This document shows positions 39,186 through 45,453 of a stretch of 64,000 nucleotides of DNA, in pieces. Below the pieces are notes generated by a model that saw nothing but the letters and a program-made list of their open reading frames with translations, was not told where the DNA came from and made no database searches. Origin of the DNA: a virus (lineage: Duplodnaviria > Caudoviricetes); the IMG/VR virus record IMGVR_UViG_3300035502_001274, positions 124,842 to 188,841 of that record; one strand, 5' to 3'. Both the position numbers and the translations under genes were made by a program. The first letter of the stretch is position 1. Each line of letters opens with the position of its first letter.

Positions 39186-39503
39186 GAGGTGGAGAAATGG
39201 AGTTCTTCTTATGGGAACATACGAAAGGAATAGGTCGGAAAGAAAGGAAACACCATGTTCTTAGGAACCACACAAATACTGAAAGGAAGAGACCGCCAGG
39301 GGATGCCCTAACCATAAGGCAGCGTAGCGATACTGCCAGTTACGGCATCCCCTGCAGTAAAGGAGGGGTGATCATGCCGGCTCCCCGCACCAGCGTCATC
39401 ATCCGTTGGAGGGTTTCATCCGTGTATCCATGCCGCACCGAAAGGACGCGCCGAGCAGACATACTCGCCACGCGTCTCAACACGAGAGGTCTGACCCGAC
39501 CTC
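39147..39503 (-). ncRNA. Putative late ncRNA rich in anti-Shine-Dalgarno segments
   Basis: Late promoter at 39504-39516; 5' hairpin GAGGTC/GACCTC; 11-bp stem CAGGGGATGCC/GGCATCCCCTG; repeated TTCCTTTC; terminator at the 3' end. Confidence 0.55.
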
Positions 39504-39516
39504 TTACTTAGATGTT
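39504..39516 (-). promoter_or_regulatory. Late-type promoter
   Basis: AACA-tctaag-TAA. Confidence 0.65.
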
Positions 39517-39581
39517 TTGGCTTATTTTTATTGACGTGGTGCAGGAGAAAAGTCAGAAAACATCGTAAAATGCCGCCTTCA

Positions 39582-39594
39582 AACATCCGTTTAA
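39582..39594 (+). promoter_or_regulatory. Late-type promoter
   Basis: AACA-tccgtt-TAA. Confidence 0.7.
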
Positions 39595-39618
39595 TTAGCA
39601 AGGTAGGTGATTTGAATC

Positions 39619-40911
39619 GTGAATCAAACCCTAAGCTTAGAGCAAGAACTGGAAGCTCTCAAGTACCAACCTGCTATGGAAGTAACGACCAGCGAACTGT
39701 TGACCATCATTGGCGGCAGAAAGGAATTCTTCAATAAGTTTTACTTCACCATCGTAAAAACACTGCCTGGCAAGACTTCGAAGTTGATGAGAGGCATCAA
39801 TGCCTATCGAGACAAGAATATTGAGGCGCTGTCTAGTCCCTACTTTCTGAACTATACCGTCTTCAGCAAGGAAGGTATGGACGGGCAGCTCATCTGGGAT
39901 TGCTCTGGCGTGAAGTTGGACGATGTACAGAAAGAGATCGATATCTTCAAGAAAGAAATCAAGGACGGGTGTAAAATGCATGGATACACGTCGCCTGCCA
40001 AGGACTTTCAGAACTTGGAAGCGCTGCGTGTGATCATGGTCATGATGATCCGTTTCTATGTGGAACGAGGAGAGAAAGAGCACGTCACACAGATGTGCGC
40101 CTACTTTGCATACTCCTTGTACCATACTCTCTTTGTGAACTCGTTCCCATACGGTGTGCGAAAAGAGACCATGGAATACACCATGGCCAATATCACCAAT
40201 AAGCACAAGTTGAAGAATCAAGGCTCTGTCGACAGCGTGCTCACCTATGGCATTGAGCTGTGTGTTCAAAGCTATAAGAAGCGCCTGATGGACTGCACTG
40301 ATCATGATATTCTCTATATCATCGACCAGTTTAAGTCCCGTATCAGAGGCTACATCGTTGGTATCGCTCAGAAGTATTACCCCAATGATGAGAAGAAGGA
40401 AGCAATTTTCAGCAGTTCAGAGATGCTGGACACGGAAGATGGCGCTGACTTCGTAGAGCGAAATTCCCAGCTGGGTAATGTCGAGCAGATGGCACAGGAA
40501 TATGCCACCAAGTTCTTCCAGAAGCCCGTTGATGATGAGATCCTTCAAGTGTGCTCCAAAATGAATCAAGTTTCTAAACCTGAATTGAAAAATGCTGTCT
40601 CTGCTTTGAGAGCGGACAAAGCTCGCATCCCGGAGGTGAAGCAGTTCTATTCAGGCATTTTCTACCTGTTTTATGACAATGCCGGCGAATCGTCCACTGT
40701 CCACTCCAAGAAGTTCCTGGCGGAGATGGATGCCATCTACAAGAAGGGCAACTCCAAGGAGAAGAATATCACGATGGTGAAACGAATGCTGGATAACTGG
40801 CTGCAGGCAACTTCCCAAACTTATCGTGAGGTGAGTCGGTCTGCGACCATTAACAACTTCAGGAAGGCGCTGTTTCAGTACTTCGTCTTCGTAGTTGCAC
40901 TGCGTAATTAA
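39619..40911 (+). CDS. Putative virion protein in the virion-RNAP operon
   Basis: GTG start after AGGTGA; PAMEV A-x-E motif near the N-terminus; late promoter. Confidence 0.65.
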   Translation: MNQTLSLEQELEALKYQPAMEVTTSELLTIIGGRKEFFNKFYFTIVKTLPGKTSKLMRGINAYRDKNIEALSSPYFLNYTVFSKEGMDGQLIWDCSGVKLDDVQKEIDIFKKEIKDGCKMHGYTSPAKDFQNLEALRVIMVMMIRFYVERGEKEHVTQMCAYFAYSLYHTLFVNSFPYGVRKETMEYTMANITNKHKLKNQGSVDSVLTYGIELCVQSYKKRLMDCTDHDILYIIDQFKSRIRGYIVGIAQKYYPNDEKKEAIFSSSEMLDTEDGADFVERNSQLGNVEQMAQEYATKFFQKPVDDEILQVCSKMNQVSKPELKNAVSALRADKARIPEVKQFYSGIFYLFYDNAGESSTVHSKKFLAEMDAIYKKGNSKEKNITMVKRMLDNWLQATSQTYREVSRSATINNFRKALFQYFVFVVALRN

Positions 40912-40927
40912 GAGGTGAAAAATACCT

Positions 40928-41779
40928 ATGGATAAATATATTCTGGCTCTGGAATCCTTTGACAAGGAGTCCCAAGAGCTTTATGGTGAAATTCTGATGG
41001 GTCAGTTTATGGCCACTGAAGCATTGAGCCCGCAATTTACTGCCAAAGTCAAAGAGGGCTGGGCGACCGTGAAACGTATCGCCGGCCAGATCTGGGAATG
41101 GATCAAGAAGACCGCCCGTGGCATTGCCGATTCTGCTCGCAAGCTCGTTGCGATGTTCCGGAAATCCCCCACAGACTCCGAATGCAGCGATGAAGAGTAC
41201 AATGCAGCCGCCAACGGCGCCAAACAAGCCAAGGATAAAGTCTCCAAAGCCAATGCACTGCTGGCCAAGGTTAAAGGCTTCAAAGATCGTTTCCGCAAAG
41301 CCAGTCAGTCTTCTGGTGAAGAGGATCTGTCTGAGATGGACGCAGAACTGGCGGAGGCCTTGAAGGAAGCCGAGCAGGTCTTCGGCAGCGCTTCTATGGA
41401 TAGCTTCCTCGGGACTGCTATGGAGGCCATTGGTGGAAAGAGACGTGCTCGTAATGTCTCAAGCGTCAAGCAGACCATGGATGAAGTCTCCAATGAGGCT
41501 GCTAAGGGCTCTGCTGAAACTGAACGGGCGACTGCTGAGGTCAACCAGGCAGTTAATGAAGCGTCCGGCAAAGCTGAGCATGATGAAGAGGGCGAAGGCG
41601 CTAAGAAGCAGAATATCCTGCAGCGCATCGGCTCTCGTATTCTGCGCATCTTGGGCATGATTGGCAAAGCTTTTGCCAGCATCCCTGGCTTCATTGCCGG
41701 TCTCTTCAGAAAGCTCTTTCCCAAGAAAGAGAAAACTACCGTTGAGGACTATGATGGTCCTTCCCCCGAACTGGGGTGA
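40928..41779 (+). CDS. Putative inner-head protein
   Basis: LALES, MATEA and TAMEA motifs, each followed by amphipathic helices. Confidence 0.65.
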   Translation: MDKYILALESFDKESQELYGEILMGQFMATEALSPQFTAKVKEGWATVKRIAGQIWEWIKKTARGIADSARKLVAMFRKSPTDSECSDEEYNAAANGAKQAKDKVSKANALLAKVKGFKDRFRKASQSSGEEDLSEMDAELAEALKEAEQVFGSASMDSFLGTAMEAIGGKRRARNVSSVKQTMDEVSNEAAKGSAETERATAEVNQAVNEASGKAEHDEEGEGAKKQNILQRIGSRILRILGMIGKAFASIPGFIAGLFRKLFPKKEKTTVEDYDGPSPELG

Positions 41780-41783
41780 TTAA

Positions 41784-42506
41784 ATGAGACCAGTTCATGA
41801 GCGGAAGCAGCGTACCATTGACTATGTATGCAAAGCCCTGGACTTGATTGAAGGTGGAACTTCCAACTCCAGCCGATATCGGAAAGAGTGGGAAGCCATG
41901 AGTGATGCCCAGTTCACCAAGTTTATGGAGGAACTGCGGCGTGATGAGAATCGACAGATGGTATATCTGGAAGTGATTGAGTTTGAACGAGACCTGAAGC
42001 TGCACAACATTCAGAAATGTGCAGAGTTCATGAAGGTTCCTCTGTACGAATATGTCGCCATTCCAGATCTTACTGGAGATCCCAATAACGTCACGGTTAC
42101 TCCTGAACCCGTGCCTGTTGGATATGCACACTACAAGCGTATGCAGCAGACCGTGCTAAAGAAGAACTCCACCAACATTCGAGTCAATAAAAGAAATCCC
42201 AAAACTGGCCAAGTCGTTCAAAGCGATAAGACCGTTCGAAATACCGACGTGGAGACCTACGCAATGATGTCCCTGGGAGCCAAGCAAGCTCTGCGGGAGT
42301 TTATGGGTCCCCGAGGCGACGACCCGGTCATGGAGAATGAGCTGTACACCGCCATTGCCAATAATGGCTATGCACGGCTCGAAGACTTGACCAACGATGT
42401 CCATAATAAAGTCTCGATCAATACGTTAAACATTTACTATCTCATGATGGGTATGACCACCAACTTGGTGGGGCCGATCGGCGACTTACCCAAACCCAAA
42501 AAATAA
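41784..42506 (+). CDS. Stand-alone RNAP beta extreme C-terminal fragment (probably a virion RNAP subunit)
   Basis: PVPVGYAHYKRMQQ..KK..RNPKTGQ..ETYAMMSLGA..LREFMGPRGDD aligns with the RpoB C-terminus (VGYMY.LKL.H...VTQQ...EVWAL.AYGA..LQEMLT.KSDD). Confidence 0.75.
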   Translation: MRPVHERKQRTIDYVCKALDLIEGGTSNSSRYRKEWEAMSDAQFTKFMEELRRDENRQMVYLEVIEFERDLKLHNIQKCAEFMKVPLYEYVAIPDLTGDPNNVTVTPEPVPVGYAHYKRMQQTVLKKNSTNIRVNKRNPKTGQVVQSDKTVRNTDVETYAMMSLGAKQALREFMGPRGDDPVMENELYTAIANNGYARLEDLTNDVHNKVSINTLNIYYLMMGMTTNLVGPIGDLPKPKK

Positions 42507-42535
42507 AATCGGTAGAGAAGATTTTCACAGTGGTT

Positions 42536-42575
42536 AAAGAAGGAAGGAATGGCTGGGTACCATTCCTTCCTTCTT
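42536..42575. terminator. Bidirectional terminator
   Basis: AAGAAGGAAGGAATGG/CCATTCCTTCCTTCTT. Confidence 0.8.
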
Positions 42576-42581
42576 ATTAAG

Positions 42582-43007
42582 TCACTCGAGAGGTTCCGTG
42601 ATTACCTCATAAATCGATTGGCCGGCGACGCGTCCGTCGTACTGATAGGTGATGCTTCCGATGGCCGGGCCTACGATGGCTCGACCTGTGCACTTCAGAG
42701 TTACTGGATCCAGAATCCAGCCTTCTCCTCTGTGAATCCCAAGAGGGTTCTCAAAGCGATCGGGCCAGTAAATCCGGAACGGGTATTCAGGGACGTGGAT
42801 GTACCACTCCTCATCTACCGGATGAGGATTGCCATCCATGAGACATCCCTGGACAGATCCACATACGACTACACGAGCCGTCGTGTTGTTTGCGTGCCCG
42901 AGGTTCACTAAGGGCTCGTCCGGAATCGCGGGGAGTACTTCTTTCCCATCTAGGTTAAACTTGGACAGGAAATACAACGGAAACGTTTCAATTCTGCTCT
43001 CTTTCAT
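42582..43007 (-). CDS. Hypothetical protein, possible ADP-ribosyltransferase-like fold
   Basis: AAAGGAG SD; LYFLS...RVVVCGSVQGCL...GEGWI pattern. Confidence 0.5.
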   Translation of the reverse strand: MKESRIETFPLYFLSKFNLDGKEVLPAIPDEPLVNLGHANNTTARVVVCGSVQGCLMDGNPHPVDEEWYIHVPEYPFRIYWPDRFENPLGIHRGEGWILDPVTLKCTGRAIVGPAIGSITYQYDGRVAGQSIYEVITEPLE

Positions 43008-43045
43008 AATTTTCTCCTTTTACCACAAATTTTACTCATTGGTAC

Positions 43046-43168
43046 TTAGTCCTCATCTTCGTAGCTTTCGATGTCGCTTGGTGCTTCTCCATCCCACCCG
43101 GAATACAGGCAGACATCATCATCGAAACTGATGAAGCCACCATAGTCATTGGTGAAAACGTCGTCCAT
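43046..43168 (-). CDS. 40-aa highly acidic early peptide (not in the ORF track)
   Basis: MDDVFTNDYGGFISFDDDVCLYSGWDGEAPSDIESYEDED; AGAAAGGAAG SD; early promoter directly upstream. Confidence 0.75.
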   Translation of the reverse strand: MDDVFTNDYGGFISFDDDVCLYSGWDGEAPSDIESYEDED

Positions 43169-43196
43169 GGTTTTCACTTCCTTTCTTTCTAGGTCT

Positions 43197-43211
43197 CATA
43201 AGAATAATATG
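43197..43211 (-). promoter_or_regulatory. Early-type promoter
   Basis: CATATTAT-tctt-ATG on the minus strand. Confidence 0.65.
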
Positions 43212-43290
43212 TTTTTGAGCGGCTCTGGAATACGGAAGCAGTACACTGTCAACTCTAGCATAAGATTCCAAATGAAAGGATGGATTTACT

Positions 43291-44730
43291 ATGCCAAGCG
43301 TTGTCCCCAATAACATTGGCATCAAGCCGATGTTTACAGTGAAAAATCCAACCTACACGAGTCCCACCTATTGTAAGAAGACGAAGCTGATGCTGCACAG
43401 CACTGCCACGCCTGGTGCACCGGCGCAGAACTTCTTCAATGGCTGGAACTCGGCGAGTGCTGGGGCATCAGTCGAATTCGTGCTGGATGACACCCAGATT
43501 CTGCAATTCATGCCCATTGGCGATGGCAAGACAGCAACGGACTACAAGACCTGGCATTGCGGCAGCGGCAAGAATGGATCGGGCAATCGCGTGTATATCG
43601 CCACGGAGGTTTGTGAGCCCATTCAAGCCCAGCTCATCCCCATCAACTACAGCGGCGCTCCTCAGTCCATGAACTGCACATACCATCGTACCTACGCTAC
43701 CCAGCGCATCCAGATGGAGCTGAAGTATCGTGGCTACTATGATGGCGAGGTCGATGGTAGCTTTGGCGCCAAGACCGACGCTGCCGTGAAGGCATTCCAG
43801 ACTGCCAATGGACTGACAGCCGATGGCGTCGTGGGCATGGCTACCTTCTACAAGCTGAGAGACCGGTCTGGTTCTTACATGCTCTATGATGTAGAAGGAG
43901 CAACGGACTTCTTCAACGGTGCTTACAATAACGCCGTGAAGCTCTTCGCGTTCCTCTGCAACTACATGGGTGCCAAGCCGTCTGAGATCATCTGTCATCA
44001 GGAAGGCTATCGGCTGGGCATTGCGTCCAATCACTCCGACGTGGAGCACTACTTCCCGCTGCACGGTAAGGGCATGGGCGACTTCCGGTCTGACGTTGCC
44101 AAGTACATCGCCGGCACATATGTGGCACTGGGCACCAGTACGATTTCTACGGCCGATCAGGCTTACCTGGACGCTGTCGAGACGGTTACCAAGGCTGGCA
44201 TTATCAACACGCCTGACTATTGGAAGGGCTTGGTAGATGCAACGTCCGTGAAGAATAACTACGTCATGGCCTTTATCCGGCAAGCCGGCGCTTACTTCTG
44301 CAAGACGAGTTACATCTATGGCGTTGATGCCATGACCAATGCCCTGTCTCTGGAAGATCCGGACTACTGGAAGAATGCGACGAGCTTTACCTACAAGGAC
44401 GCTGTGGAGCTCTACACCAAGATTGCGGCTTTTGCACTGGGTAAGGAGCCCGCTGACTTCACGGAAGCCGTGCAGACTTGCGTCGCGCAGGGCATCATCA
44501 ACAGTCCTGCCTACTGGCTGGCCCGCTCTGAAGCGGCTGCGCCTTCCAAGGGCTGCATGCAAGCTTTGATGCGCCAGGCTGGTGCTTTTATCTGCGGCAA
44601 GAACTACCTCTACGGTATTGATGCCATTAAGTACGCTATCAACATGAACTCTGAGCCTTACTGGAAGGCCGGGTCTTATAATGTGGCGTGCACTAAGGCC
44701 CTCTTCAAAGCAGTGGCTAAAGTCATCTGA
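43291..44730 (+). CDS. N-acetylmuramoyl-L-alanine amidase (endolysin) with peptidoglycan-binding domain
   Basis: LMLHSTA, TWHCG, ATEVCE, ICH..NHSD Amidase_2 motifs; VDGSFG.KTDAAVKAFQ..NGLTADGVVG binding domain; C-terminal GIIN(T/S)P.YW repeats. Confidence 0.9.
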   Translation: MPSVVPNNIGIKPMFTVKNPTYTSPTYCKKTKLMLHSTATPGAPAQNFFNGWNSASAGASVEFVLDDTQILQFMPIGDGKTATDYKTWHCGSGKNGSGNRVYIATEVCEPIQAQLIPINYSGAPQSMNCTYHRTYATQRIQMELKYRGYYDGEVDGSFGAKTDAAVKAFQTANGLTADGVVGMATFYKLRDRSGSYMLYDVEGATDFFNGAYNNAVKLFAFLCNYMGAKPSEIICHQEGYRLGIASNHSDVEHYFPLHGKGMGDFRSDVAKYIAGTYVALGTSTISTADQAYLDAVETVTKAGIINTPDYWKGLVDATSVKNNYVMAFIRQAGAYFCKTSYIYGVDAMTNALSLEDPDYWKNATSFTYKDAVELYTKIAAFALGKEPADFTEAVQTCVAQGIINSPAYWLARSEAAAPSKGCMQALMRQAGAFICGKNYLYGIDAIKYAINMNSEPYWKAGSYNVACTKALFKAVAKVI

Positions 44731-44736
44731 GACTAT

Positions 44737-44768
44737 AAAGAGACTACGGAGAAATCCGTAGTCTCTTT
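44737..44768 (+). terminator. Terminator
   Basis: AAAGAGACTACGGA-gaaa-TCCGTAGTCTCTTT. Confidence 0.8.
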
Positions 44769-44932
44769 CAGTCCTGTAAGGACTGTTTCCAAGCGTCATT
44801 TTTCTGTCAAATCCCACGCCATCGAGAGCTTTATCAGGCTTAAGTTGGCCTAGCGGGAAGTTATCGAGCTGCGTAAATTTTTAAGCGGGATTACCGGTTC
44901 GGACAGGCGCGCTTCGCGCGCCATCGCTCTCA

Positions 44933-45409
44933 ATGAGTAATGCTGTAGGCTTAATAATGCCATTTAGTGCAGGATCGACTTCTATAACATTACTATCATC
45001 GGTCACACATACACTCAGTGACAATATCATTTCACTGGATTCATTATGTGATAATCCATTCATATTCGCAATAGTCGATGCTCCAAATCTTATCGTGACT
45101 GGTTCACTATATGGTGATAGATATTCGAAGTTAACCGGCACGTGCACATTGAATATTCGTTATGGACTTTCTAGTAGTGCAGATGAGAGCGTGCTATTAA
45201 AAACTGAAGTAATTTGTGAGAAAGCCGACTATGCTGCAGGCTGGAGCGCAACGTTTTCAGACTATCGTTATATTCCAGCACTATTTCCATCGTACTATTA
45301 TCTTACCAGTACGAAAATAACCTCGTCTACAACTACAACCACAAACACAGGTGGTCCTCAAACATCTATATCGGGTTCATACACGGTTTACTTCTATGGC
45401 TTTTCATAA
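44933..45409 (+). CDS. Ser/Thr/Tyr-rich beta-type protein (possible receptor-binding module), no SD
   Basis: 158-aa ORF filling the gap up to a terminator; markedly AT-rich; no SD or promoter motif seen. Confidence 0.55.
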   Translation: MSNAVGLIMPFSAGSTSITLLSSVTHTLSDNIISLDSLCDNPFIFAIVDAPNLIVTGSLYGDRYSKLTGTCTLNIRYGLSSSADESVLLKTEVICEKADYAAGWSATFSDYRYIPALFPSYYYLTSTKITSSTTTTTNTGGPQTSISGSYTVYFYGFS

Positions 45410-45444
45410 AAAAGAAGACTACTACCATGGTAGTAGTCTTCTTT
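45408..45444. terminator. Bidirectional terminator
   Basis: AAAGAAGACTACTACC/GGTAGTAGTCTTCTTT. Confidence 0.85.
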
Positions 45445-45453
45445 CAGCGGCCG

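Noticed and set aside
39197-39511. 104-aa plus-strand ORF and CRISPR-like repeats
   Set aside because: No plus-strand promoter after the terminator and atypical composition; repeats are short and irregular, not an array. Kept only as an alternative to the ncRNA model
44760-44840. Hammerhead ribozyme on the minus strand (CTGATAA...GAAAC)
   Set aside because: Core is CUGAUAA rather than CUGANGA, and no UH cleavage triplet follows the stem
44906-44922. DGR target hairpin (GC stem with GAA loop on the minus strand)
   Set aside because: No reverse transcriptase, template/variable repeat pair or adenine-specific mismatches in this window; the hairpin is upstream of the ORF rather than at its 3' end
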